Assembly: GCF_018977255.1 (NCBI RefSeq)
Contig: NW_024704742.1
Span: 10,356,001 to 10,420,000, forward strand
Direction: 5' to 3'
DNA: 64,000 bases
Source: Callorhinchus milii
Lineage: Eukaryota
Below the pieces are notes generated by a model. The model did not search any database, was not told the origin of the DNA, and saw only the letters and a list, made by a program, of their open reading frames with translations. Positions 38,404-51,065 of this stretch are shown in pieces; within the stretch, counting starts at the first letter, position 1, and each line of letters begins with the position of its first letter. The translations under genes and the position numbers were made by a program.

Positions 38404-38896
38404 CAATTACCAAAAGCAAAGTCAAAGAAGTATTACCTCAGTTCCAACTTGGCTCCAGCCCTCTGCCAGATTGCCAGTCAGTCAACGGTCAGACTGTGGA
38501 CAATGTCCGACCTTTGATTGTCAGTCGTTTGTCAGTCAGGGTTAGGAGTCAGGATGAGGGGCTATGATTGTCAGCCTGGGCTGCCGCTCAGTCAGCGGCG
38601 GGTTTTGGTGGGCTTGAATGCAATCATAAAGAAATACAATCTTCAGGCGGGTGGGGGGGGGAACGGGGGGTGTCATTAGCTCCCCTGACTGGCTCCACCA
38701 CTGGCTTTTAAGACAGGTTTTGAAAGCAGAGAGAGAGGGCGAGAGCAACGGGATTTCGAGAGGAAGTTCCAAAGTTTTCAATTTTAAAATAAACAGCGTA
38801 CTGTAACTGACATAACGGACACAACCAAAGGCTTGTGCATGTTAAATCAGCCATAACAAGAGTAGTTTATTCTCCATAAATCACTTACTCCCAACT

Positions 38897-39230
38897 TCTT
38901 TTTTGAACCAGCTGAGTGGACGACACATGTGGAAATCCATCATCATGTTAAAAAGTATCCAAACCAGATGGAGGGTTCCACGTTTGCCACCTACTTACAC
39001 AGGGAAATTGTTCTGCGTCAGGAATACAATAGACACAGATTGGCAAGGCCGAAGGCTTGGGGACTCCGAAATCTGCATTGTGGTATACTGCAAGTTTAAC
39101 CACGTAACACTGCACAGCATGCCACTGTTTGGGCTTTGGCTTGCAGGGGCAGCAGGAGCTGAGTAGGAAGAATCTCCACCCTCAATGACTGGTTTGCACT
39201 ACTGGCTTACAGTCCTGGCTTCCTGGCTTT
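38897..39230 (-). mobile_element. ~600-nt structured retroposon, deleted/diverged copy
   Basis: Reverse complement of GGGCTTTGGCTTGCAGGG..CAGGAGCTGAG and AAGTATCCAAAC blocks. Confidence 0.65.
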
Positions 39231-40907
39231 TGAGATGTCCTCCTGAAGCAAAAGGCTCTATACGAGTGAAAATTATATGGTATACATTGGATTCACAATG
39301 TCTTGCGAACGCAGGAACTGTACTACCGAATACTGAATTGCCCACAAAAAACAGTCAATTCACTTTACAGTATATTCTGTGAAGCATTTTCAGGCATTTC
39401 GAAGACATGGTAAGACGTTATATCAAATGCAAGGATTATTATTATGTTCTGTGAAGCTCTTTGAGACTTCTCAACAAAGTGATAAGGCGCTATACCTAAT
39501 GCTAGTATTATTATTATTACTGCGACCGCCCCAAAGAATTGACTCATTTAAAATATTGCTTTGCAAGCACATCACCTTGCTGAAGGATAGTTTGCCCTTG
39601 ACAAGCATTCTACTAAAAGTAGCATCTTGGCTGGTGTTTAAAGCACAGAGCTAGAGAGCAGAGGCTGTGAAATTGACACGCAAACAAAATTACTGATTTT
39701 AATATTGAGCAAAACGGTAAGACATTAAACATTTGTTTAAAAGAAAGTTATTCAAATTGCTCATTTCAATTTTTTTTAAAAGAATGTCTGCCTCCCCGTG
39801 TAATATACAAATTTATCTAATCACCGAAGCACATCGTTCTGAACAAAATAAATTCCCAGTGAATCATTTTCTGGTCTGTAAACTGGTCATGCAGAAAAGG
39901 AACAAAGGATGATAATTTCTCCAGTAGTAATGGCTGGAGAAATGCCAGCAAGCTCCACATTATAAGGATTATGACAATTCCAATTTATTGAAGTTTTGAC
40001 ATCCATATGTTTCTGTATAAGTATGATCTGTTACAGATGAGGTGGAAATTTAATCATGTGAGTGCATGGGCAAAATGGATAGCAGCCTCTTTGGAATTTG
40101 TAGGTCAAATTTAAGAGCCATATCAAGCTTTTAGCTTAAGTCCAGATCATAATATTTACTTTTTCACAAAATTACGGCAGAAGGTTGTTAATTTTATAAA
40201 CCTCATTTGCTAGTTGCACAGTAATTTTGTGATGCATATTAGATGTTTCAGTGCCAACATCATCTGGTACAAGGAATTGTAGTGGAAAGGATACATACAG
40301 CATATGGGCAGTGTCGTGGCACATTTCCAAAATGGATTCTAGGTTCATGCTTGTGATTTCCCATATGGTGAGTTTTCATTTTCAACTCTGCTGTCATAGG
40401 AACGCGCGCACTGGAGTAAGAGGTGAGAGCAAACATTTGAGGAGTTGGTCATCTAATCATCATCATTCTTGCATTTAATTTAGCACCTTATCACGTCTTC
40501 TAGATCTCTCAAAGTTCTTCACAGAATATACTGTGAAGTGAATTGACTGTATATTTTGTGGGAGAAACATGGCACACAGCAGTGTCCCACAAACAGTCAT
40601 AGATTGAGTGAGCAAATTATTATTGTTAATACTGCAAGGTAAACAGAAGCGTGTGGACAGTAAGGATGGGGGCGGGAGTGGGGAGGGAGGAAGAAACCTG
40701 GGAGCATGTCCTTCTCACCTGTCATATCAGAGGACGAATTGCCTCATGTGAAGATTGAAAGAGAAAAGATGCAATAAAATCTTCTTGGAAGCCACCATTA
40801 TTTTGCAGTTACAAATTCGAGAGAACTTGGTGATTGTTTGGTATACTGTACAACTAGAACAATTTGACAATTATTTTGAACTTTTCGTGTCGGAAGGATG
40901 TCTCTTA

Positions 40908-41225
40908 GCACTTCACAGAATATACAGTAAAGTGAATTGACTGAACATTTTGTGGGCAAAATGCAATAGCCAATTGCGCACAGCAGTGTCCCATAAACAG
41001 TCGCGGATTGAAGTGACCAATTTATTATTATTATTCTTTGAAGGAATTAATCCCCCCAGAAAACCGATCCACCAATCGACTAACAAATGGGTTCGTACTT
41101 ACTGCTAGGTAAAAGGAGGCGTGTGGAGTAAGGAAACTTGCCCAACATTTTGCCCTGCCGGGAATCGATCCCAAGTCTCTCACTTGTGAGGTGAGTGCTC
41201 TAACCACTGAGCTACAGGACTCCAC
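40908..41225 (-). mobile_element. tRNA-Ala SINE, long subfamily (tail lost)
   Basis: Head and internal block intact. Confidence 0.88.
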
Positions 41226-41672
41226 CATGACTTAAAGGAAATTTGGGTGTTGAATAGTCCACTCAAATCAATGCAGTCAGTTCCTGAGGTGAGAAAGTAC
41301 GAAGTATAAAGGTCTTGCTGAAGTATAAAGATATTGATTTTCTTCAAATTCAGTAATGTGCCCCTTGAGCTATATATCCTTCTGACCCAGAGCCGAGAAT
41401 ATTCCCAAATGAGCCAAGCCAACATAATGATATAAAAAAAATTTGGATATAGTGTTTTCTGTCAAAAGCAACACAATGATTATTGGCTGGAGTATCAAGA
41501 AATGTCTAAATACTTCATCAAAATAGTGTCCTGGGATCTTTAGCAACCACCATTAAGAAAAACAAATCTAGGCTTAATGTTTCATCCAGAGGATAGCAAC
41601 TCCAGAATGTAGCATTCCATCAGTCCTGCACTGGAGAAATTCCAAATCCAGGTGTGGAGCTGAAACCGATAA

Positions 41673-42022
41673 CAATAATAACAATAATCCTTGCATTTTA
41701 ATATAGCGCCTTATCACGTCTTCGAGACGTCTCAAAGCGCTTCACAGAATATACTGTAAAGTGAATTGACTGTGCATTTGTGGGCAAATCGTGGCAGCCA
41801 ATTGTGTACAGCAGTGTCCCACAAACAGTCATGGATCAAGTGACCAAAGTTTTTTAAAGAAATTATTATCCCCGGGAAAGCTATCCGCCAATCAACTAAC
41901 AACCGGGTTCCTACTTTCTTCTCGGTGAATAGAAGCGTGGTGGTGTAAGGAAACTCGTTCAATGTTTCGCCTTGCCCGGGAATCAAACCCAGGTCTCTCG
42001 CTTGCAAGGCTACAGGACTCCA
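41673..42022 (-). mobile_element. tRNA-Ala SINE inserted in an old DeuSINE, flanked by a ~100-bp direct duplication
   Basis: 41576-41672 and 42023-42131 are homologous direct repeats. Confidence 0.85.
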
Positions 42023-43109
42023 AATGTTTCATCCAAAGGTTGGCAACTCCAGAATGCAGCATTTCCTCTGTTCTGCACTGGAGCAGAGAATAGAGAAGCC
42101 CCAAATCCTGGTGTGGAGCTCAAACCTATAAGTTTCTGAATCACAAGCAATGGAGCCAGACTGAAAACAAAACAGCAAACAGCAGATCTGATTCTGAAAA
42201 AATTGGAGCACAAGTCACACTCACCTACAAATACACAGTCTCAAAACACTCTTTCGGTAGAGTCAGGTATTACAGGGGGAAGACTCCAAACTTAAGTTAG
42301 GTGTCTGTTGGAGACTAGCTGCATAATGCTCGGTAGGGTACGAAAGAAAATTAAAGTGCTCTGGTATTTTGTTCCCCACAATTACACGACCCATTCATTA
42401 AGATGTTTCTCAAGACCTGCACTTTGTTATAAAACACCAAATGATTAAACTTCCCAAGAGCCACAAAATAATGCAGCTGGAGCCTGACTTACAGTCTAAT
42501 TACTCCGCAGTGGCCAATACTGTACTTTATAAACTCCTCAGGGCACTTTATATAGTTAATTTATTTTAATAATAAACAGTCAGCTTGAACAGACAACGCT
42601 CACCAGGTTTCAGTATGATGGCATTCACTTTCAAGAATTAATGATTGGGGCATAAACACTGCAAGTGCAGTCAAGCAACCAGCCACAAAACAGTCAGCTC
42701 AGCATCTATTACTTAGCAATAACTCCAGCATCAGGATGTTTTTATATAAACTGCAGAACCCAGCAGAAACACTCTGTATTTCTCTTATGGAAGGAACTTG
42801 CATTTGTATAGCCCCTTACACGTTGAAATGTCTCAATGTACTTTACAATGGTTAATATGAATCATAGAATATTACAGCACAAGGAGGAGGCCATTTGGCC
42901 CACTGTGCCTGTGCCAGCTCTTTCAATGCAATGAGTCTCAGTGGTGAAGAATGGGATACTTCTTGTTGAAGTGGCTTTTCTGACTGTCCAGCATTTTGGG
43001 ATATCCTCCAAGGCGTGAAAGACGCTATACAAATGTAATTTGTTGTTGTTGTGATACAAAGGGACATTAATCACCCAGGGTTAGCATTTCCAACCACAGA
43101 GGAATGTTT

Positions 43110-43690
43110 CTTCAGTTTTTTGGTCAGCCAGGTGTCTGAAACTCGCAGAAATCCATTACCCCCATACTTAAAAGTATCCAAACCAAACCCATCCCACCTA
43201 CACATGGAAATTCACGTGTCCTGGAATGGAACGTGCACTCTCTTGCTCCGAAGAAACACATCCTGCTTACCTAATTCTAGAGAGTATTTGGCACAGGTTG
43301 GAAAGAGCATGGGCTTGGGGATCACAGAATGTGCGTTGGGGTACTGCTGAAAGTTAACTGGCTAAAACAGCATAATTTCCCATTGAGAGCACAAACAAGC
43401 TTTCCTGCTGCTTGTCCAGTTAAGAACACCCTAACCAATAGGGCTTTGGCTTTCAGGATTAACAGGATTTAAATGGGAAGAATCCCTGTAACCAGCGACT
43501 GCTCTTCCCTCCAAGTTCTACCAACGAGCCAGGCTGGTTGTGCTGTGCTCAGCAATGCTCTAGAGGACTGCAGGCTCAGGAACTGGACCAGAAGTTGCCA
43601 CAGAGGATCGAAGGGATTCTGACATTCTATTGCCAAGCCTGGTACCTTGAAGCCAGTTCAATTCCAAGAAGATGCTGCTTACCTCATCCA
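43110..43690 (-). mobile_element. ~600-nt structured retroposon, near-complete antisense copy
   Basis: Reverse complement is collinear from CTTGGAATTGAACTGG to TCAGACACCTGGCTGACCAAAAAA. Confidence 0.8.
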
Positions 43691-45432
43691 CCCACTTCCC
43701 CCCCCACTCCCTGAGAGGAAATTGTCCCCAAAACAATATGACTTAATACCATCTTAGAAAATCATTCTCTTCTGCATCAGAGAGATTTCTTCAAAATGCA
43801 AACTATATTCAGCCTATGTTACAGTCCAAAATAACAACACCTATTACAGTCCATCTCTGTTACAGACCTAAATAATAATAATAAATCTTACATTAGATAT
43901 AGCGCCTTAGCACATCATCGAGGCCTATGAAAGGGCTTCATAGAGATTACTGTAAAGTGCAGTGACTGTGTAGGCAAAACTGGCAGCCAATTTTCACACA
44001 GCAATTTCCCACAAACAGCCATGGATAGAACAACCATTTTCTGTGTGTTACATGGATGGAAGATAATTGGCCAGGATACTGTGAGAAAGTCCCTTCTCCC
44101 AATACTATAGCACAGCACTACAAAATACATCAGTGATTACTGCCTCTGCTGAACTGATTGGAACCATTATTTATAAAGAGTGCAACCAATTACAAAAGTA
44201 CTAAGTTGGGTGAAATTAGTCTGTATCCTGAAGACTGATTTTGTGACAACCTGTCTATAATACAAGCACTAATGACACATTATGAGATGACTCTTGCAAG
44301 TGTTAGGGTTTCAACTAACTGATAGAGTTGCACTGAAATTGAAATTGTGCAACCTCTCTTGAATGCAATCATAATGAGTTCCAGAAAAAAACAAGTGATT
44401 TAAAGGATCCATTGTAATAAAATAGGTACTGGTTTAGAAATTTAAACCCATGTAACACACAACACATAAGCACATGTTTAAAGACATACAGCAACTTAAG
44501 AGGCACTCTGATTATTACTTTTTGAAACACCTAATTGGAATAGTGCAAAATGCATTAATTGCATATGATCAAAATCCAAAAGAAATTAGAAATGAACGCT
44601 CCTGAAGTACACGTTAAAATTAAACCTTGCTTTTGATATAACACCTTATCATGTTTTCGAGACGTCTCAAAGCGCTTCACATAATATACTGTAAAGTGAA
44701 CGGACTGTATATTTTTTGGGGTGAAACACGGCAGCCAATTGCGCACAGCAATGTTTCACAAATACTTGTGGATTGAGTGACCAAATTATAATTTTTTTTT
44801 TTTTGAAGAGCTTATTACCCCCAGAAAAGTGATCTACCAATTGACAAACAACCGAGTTCCTATTTACTGCTAGTTAAACATGGACAACAAAATACAGGCA
44901 GACATTTTGAGTTAAAAAATCCAACAAAAACTATTTTTGCATTGGTAAACAAGTACATGATGTTTTTTACAATACTTTGCCATATTACCAGAAGAGGTTT
45001 TAAACCTGATATGCCACAACTTTAGCCTCTTGCACAAATGGAAAGTCCTCACGGTGAAGGTTCGTTCCAACATATAAATAAATCCCTTGTCTGATGATTA
45101 AAGAAAACACTGATAATTCTTGTTGAAACCTCAGGCTTCAAAACAAAGAGTTTTTTGAGAGAAATAAGAAATGTATTATTGTTCAGCCCTTGAGGTACGG
45201 GCTATAGGTAGCTTTTTCTGTTCCATATATGGGCGCAAAGAAAACACTTCAGAATCTGACAGCTGTAGCCTTCACCCACACGCTGGAAAATCTTACACAT
45301 TAAACAAACTGTTCCCGAGCACACTGCTGCCAATGAACAGCTTTACATTGTTGCAATAGTTACATCGATGACAAATGATAGAATTGAATTTACCTACTGC
45401 TTAAGCAAAGTTATGCCTTCTACAGTGTCTTC

Positions 45433-45803
45433 GTAGAATTCTGTAGCTCAGTGATTAGAGCACTCACCTCGCAAGCAAGAGGACCTGGGTTCGATTCCCA
45501 GCCGGGCAAAACACTGGGCCAGTTTCCTTACTCCACACGCCTCGGTTTACCTAACAGTAAGTATGAACCCGATTGTTAGACAATTGGCAGATCACTTTTC
45601 CGGGGTAATAATTCCTTCAAAATAAATAAAAATAATTTGGTCACCCAATCCATGACTGTTTGTGGGACACTGCTGTGTGCAATTGACTGCTGTGTTTCGC
45701 CCACAAAATATACAGTCAATTCACTTTACAGTATTCTGTGAAGCGCTTTGAGACGTCTTAAACACGTGATAAGGCGCTGTATCAAATGCAAGGGGATTAT
45801 TAT
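45433..45803 (+). mobile_element. tRNA-Ala SINE, long subfamily
   Basis: Full-length copy, anticodon loop CTCGCAA. Confidence 0.9.
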
Positions 45804-47269
45804 TCTATGCTATTGGGATCATAATTCATAGCATATCTTAATTGCCAGTGAGGTTTAGGGGAACATTACTCTTTATAAAAATTATATGCAATTCTTCAGG
45901 GGNAAAAAAAGGAGCAGTTTTATTCCCCCCTAAAGAGTACATATGATTTTTATAGAAAGTAATGAGTGAATTTAATGCAATGACCTAGTGCCTTTCAAGT
46001 CAGGAGGATGTCACAATGCGCTTCACAGGGTTTAGTGAAGAGTGATAACTGTATTTTGTATGCAAATGCTTTAGTCAATTTGGGTACAACTAGGTCTCAC
46101 AAACAGCCATGAAGTGAACAAACACATTTTTTATTTGGTGGCTTGTTGTTCAGTAGAAAATCCCTTTTTTCTCCCAATAGTGCGAAGGGATCTTCGATGT
46201 TCACCTGAGCAAGCAGATGAGACCTTGGATTACTATCTCATCTGAAGGATGGTATTTCAAACAAACTCAGCTTTGGCTAATAGGAGCTGAGCAAGAAGAA
46301 TCCCTCCCCTTCCCCCCACCAGTGACCGGTCAGCTCCTCCCAGTCCTACTGATGGGAGTCCTGTATGGATGCACATTCCATCTTATTGAGTCAGTGCAAA
46401 TATTGTGGTGTATTCAACCCCCAAATGTCCTTTATGTCATGGTGGAGTCCTGTAGCTCAGTGATAAGAGCGCTCGCCTTGCAAGCGAGAGACCTGGTTGT
46501 TAGTCGATTGACGGATCACTTTTCCGGGGGAAATAATTCCTTTAAAAAATTATAATAATAAATTGGTCAAAACTATTTGTGGGACACTGCTGTGCACAAT
46601 TGGCTGCCACGTTTCGTCCACAAAATATGTAGTCAATTCACTTTACAGTATATTCCATGAAGCACTTCGAGAAGTATCGAAGACGTGATAAGGCGCAATA
46701 TCAAATTGCAAGGATTATTATTTTTATTACTGATGAGCCACTTTGAGTAGTCTGCCATCAGCAATGTACTGAAGACCAGTCTGGCTCAGGGTCCAGACTA
46801 CTGAGACTGCCATGGAGGATTAATTTGATTCCAGTATTCCATTGCCAAGCATGTTATCTTGGAGCTCTGCATAACTACAGAGGGTGGAAACCATTGAATG
46901 TTACAACACAAAAACAAGCCTTTCAGTTTATTTAGGCCGTTACACCACCTGCACTGATACTTTTATCCTCAAGAGATAGCTGGTTCCTACTATAAATTAA
47001 TGTATTGTTAATGTAGCTATTTATTAAATATGTTGTTTAAATTTTGAAATTGACGGTTACTATTGTTTCCAATCACAACAGATTTCCAAATATATATGGT
47101 CCACACTGGAAAAGGAGAATATAAATTAAAAGCAGCCAACGTGGATTTCCAAAAGAAAATTTATGTTTGTCCAACCTTATCAAATTCTTTAATGGTGTGC
47201 GAACTTCGCCAACTGTGAAGAGGTCCTAAACTTCTTCGCCTTGAGGATTGAAAGCATTTGCTTCGCTGC

Positions 47270-47690
47270 TTTGTCCTATACTCCTTGGCTCCTGTCAATG
47301 TCTTCACTCTTCCGGATCTAAACTCCTCAACTTCCCTGGGCTCTCCCTCACGCTCACCGAACCAGTGCTCAACATAGGTGTCCAGTTCGACCCCCAGCTG
47401 TCCTTTCTCCCCCACATTCAGTCCCTGACAAGGACCACCTTCTTCTACCTCTGCCACATTGCCTGCCTCTGACTATACTTTACTCCAAATTCAGCTGAAA
47501 GCTTCGCACATGCATACAAGAATAGGAGTTGAGGACACATTCTCAGGCTGGCAAGAGATAGGTGTGGTGTTCTGCAGCAATTTGTATTAGGACGGAAACT
47601 ATTCACCATTTACTACATAAATCATTTGGACTTAGATATAAGAGATACGGTCAAAATTTGCAAATGACACCAAACTGGGGGAAGGGATGG
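47270..47690 (+). mobile_element. Old L2 fragment (~47270-47500) and CR1 RT fragment (~47520-47690)
   Basis: NIGVQFDPQLSFLPHI (L2); AAATTTGCAAATGACACCAAACTG (CR1 KFADDTKL-like). Confidence 0.7.
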
Positions 47691-49121
47691 TAAAAAAAAG
47701 CCATAAAAAAACAGCGATAGGGTCTTGTGAGGAGGTAATGTCGAATTTGTACAATTTTCCAAACTCCCCAAAACCTGGAAAAAAGGCCACTTTGAATCAG
47801 AAGGCATCACAAGAAAGCAAGGCACCGCCTAATGTTACAAGGTGGCATTGTCCAACACTGCTATGTGCAGCTCAGGACACTTGGCTGAAGAATGTGTTTG
47901 AAAATAAATTGAATATTTGGGAGAGCCTTTAAAGAAAAACGGGTTCCCTTCCTTCCTTGTCTTAAACAATCCGTTGAAGGCAATAAGAGCAGAAAGATAC
48001 AAACAATGAATTTTGTTCACATAAATAAGGTGGTGAATCGAACTCTCATTCTGCCGTTTTAGTTTAGTTGACATTTTGTTTCTCAACAAAGAGCCTGGAC
48101 GAACTTGAGAGATAATATGAGGTGGAATAATTTTTTTACCTATTCCTGGGAAAACTTGGCCACATTTCCAAATAATTATACATCACCGCTACAATTCACA
48201 TCACATAATTTACACAAGTCAACAGCTGGGAAGTGTTCAGCTGTTTCTGCAAGCAAATCTGGTTTCAAAGAAGCACTATTCCTTTTGTCTGGCAAACTAG
48301 CCCATGACTTAATGTTCAATTAACTTTAAAAAATCCGAAGGCATTCTGACTTTTGAATTGACTGTATATCTTGAAGGCGAAATGCAGCAGCAGAGCAGTG
48401 GGTTGAAATGAACAATTTTTTTTAAAAGGAATTATTACCCACCCAAAAGCGATCCACCAATCGCCTAACAACCGGGTTCCTACTTACTGCTAGGTAAACA
48501 GAGGTGTGTGGAGTAAGGAAATGTGCCCAAGTTTTCACCCTGCCGGTCAGGTCTTCCAATTGCAAGCCAAGTTCTCTAACCACTGAGCTGCAGGACTCTA
48601 ATTTGAGCAATTTGAGACATCCCCCAACATGAAAGGGGCAATATTAAATGCAAAGATTATTCTTTTCATCATTTATTGATAAAAAAAATTAAGATTAACT
48701 TTCTCTTGTTTAACTTTGTAATGTACTACAGGGCCTTGGGATGTACTCCCTACATGAAAGGCACTAAAATACAAATTTGTATTGCATTGTAATTTTTGCA
48801 TTGTTTAAATCTCAAAATGCACTTCAGATGCAGTTGATTTAAATCAACCTACAGAAAGAATGATACTACCGCTAATAATAATCGTTGCATTTGATATAGC
48901 GCCTTATCACGTCTTCAAGCCATCTCAAAACACTTCGTGGAATATACCGTAAAGTGAATTGACTGTATATTTTGTGGGCAAAATGTCTCCTGATGAACAT
49001 CACGTTCATGATGCTACAAATGGACTAGCTGAGTAGAAGTGTCTTTGATGGGGGGAAGGGAGTGGGGGAGAGGAGAATGGAACTGTCTGCCCCACTCACT
49101 CCCTGTATTGAATTAGTCCTA

Positions 49122-49505
49122 TGGAGACCTGTAGCTCAGAGGTGGGAGCACTCGCCTCGCAAGTGTGAGACCTGGGCTCGATTCCCGGGCGGGCCGAAAC
49201 CTTAGGCAAGTTTCCTCACTCCGCACACACACACCTCTGTTTACTTAGCAGTAAGTAGGAACCCGATTGTTAGTTGATTGGCGGATCGCTTTTCCAGGGG
49301 TAATAATCCCTCCAAAGAAAATAATAATAATATTTGGGTCACTCAATCCATGACTGCTTGTGGGACACTGCTGTGTGCAATTTCCTGCCATGTTTCGACC
49401 ACAAAATATACAGTCAATTCACTTTACAGTATATTATGTGAAGTGCTTTGAGATGTATCAAAGATGTGATGAGGCGCTATATCAAATGGAAGGATTATTA
49501 TTATT
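49122..49505 (+). mobile_element. tRNA-Ala SINE, long subfamily
   Basis: Full-length copy. Confidence 0.9.
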
Positions 49506-50317
49506 AATCGGGGAACATGAGTTGCCACCCAGGCAAACACAATTTCAAACTCACAAAAAACCAAATCCGGGCAAAAAATTGTCAAAGGACATCACAGACC
49601 CAATCCCACAATTTACAGCCTCATAAGTAAACACAATCTGATTTTAGAGACTAAGAGTCAAGGTAGACGTGGTATCAGTTTCTCCTCACCACATTAAAAA
49701 ATTATTGGGATTGGATCAAACTCCTGATGTCAGCCAACAAGCTGCCTCAAAACAGATCTGGTGTCCGTGTCTGCCACAACTAAATCATAAAATGGTTCTG
49801 ATTGGGGGCCACCCAGGCTGATCTGAACAGCAAAGGCTAATAATAATTAATAGTAATTAATAACAATGGTAATATTTCCGCTAACAAAATATGCAGTCAA
49901 TTCAATTTACAGTGTATTCTGTGAATCCCTTTGAGACGTCTCGAAGATGTGATAAAGTGCTATGTCAAATGCAAGGATTATTATTATATTATTATTATTA
50001 TTTGATATAGAGCCTTAACACGTTGTTGCGACGTCTCAAAACGCTTCACGGGATATACTGAAAAATGAAGTGACTGTATTTTGTGGGTAAAATGTTATTA
50101 AATACTGTTTAATATAAACCCTCTTGCACATGATATCCCAGGAGAAATGAGGAGGGGTGGGGGGGGTTGAGAGTTGCAAGAATTGAAGCACTCAGAGGTG
50201 GATTGATCATTTGGGGTTTCATATCTCAATACATGAACTCTGAACCAGAGAGAGAGAGAGAGAGAGTGCTGACTGTCACCGGCTCAGTCCCTGGTGTTGG
50301 TACCTACAGCAGTGTGG

Positions 50318-50336
50318 TGGCGCCCCCACTTGGCCA
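50318..50336 (-). promoter_or_regulatory. Candidate CTCF site
   Basis: TGGCCAAGTGGGGGCGCCA resembles the CTCF core; upstream GCTTCAATA resembles the upstream module; retained CpG in unique DNA. Confidence 0.4.
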
Positions 50337-50789
50337 TATTGAAGCACTAGAGATTGAGTGGAAACGAACTGTTGACCTATACTTTTCACAGTGTCTGAGT
50401 ACAGTACAGAATATAATAATCCTTGCAGTTGATATAGCACTGTATATTACGTCTTCGACACATCTCAAAGCGCTTCACAGAATATACTGTAAAGTGAATT
50501 GACTGTATATTTTGTGGGCAAAACGCAGCAGCCAATTGACACAGCAGTGTCCACAAACAGTCGTGGCCAAATTATTATTATTTTTTATTATTTTAAATTA
50601 TTTTATTTTTATTATTTTAAAAGGCTCTATATCAAATAAAAGGATTAATATGATATTATAACTAGTGTGAAAGTAAACTGATGTGAACATAGTCTAAACT
50701 GAGGCTCCAGTGCAGGACGGTTGGGGGTGGCGGGCGGTGGGGGGAACACTGTATTGTCATAGCCTTATCCTTCAGACCAGCCTGTAACT

Positions 50790-51065
50790 CCAGAGAGAGA
50801 GAGCGAGAGAGAGATTGTGTGAGACAGATTGTGAGAGAGGGTGTGAGAGAGTGAGCAAGTGTGAGAGGCAGAATTTGTGAGGGGTGGGGGTGAGAGGGAG
50901 AGTGAGAGAAACTATAAGAATGTGAAAGAAGAGAGAGAGTTTGTGAGTTAGTGATTGGGTGTGAGAGAGAGCACAATAGTGTGTGAGCAGAGAGTGAGTG
51001 TGTGAGAGAGTGTGTGAAAGGGAGAGAGTGTAAGAGAGAGCGAAAGAGCGAGAGAGACAGAGAGA
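50790..51065. repeat. Degenerate (GA)/(GT) microsatellite
   Basis: GAGA/GTGT units; a second (CA)-type tract lies at ~51518-51680. Confidence 0.85.
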
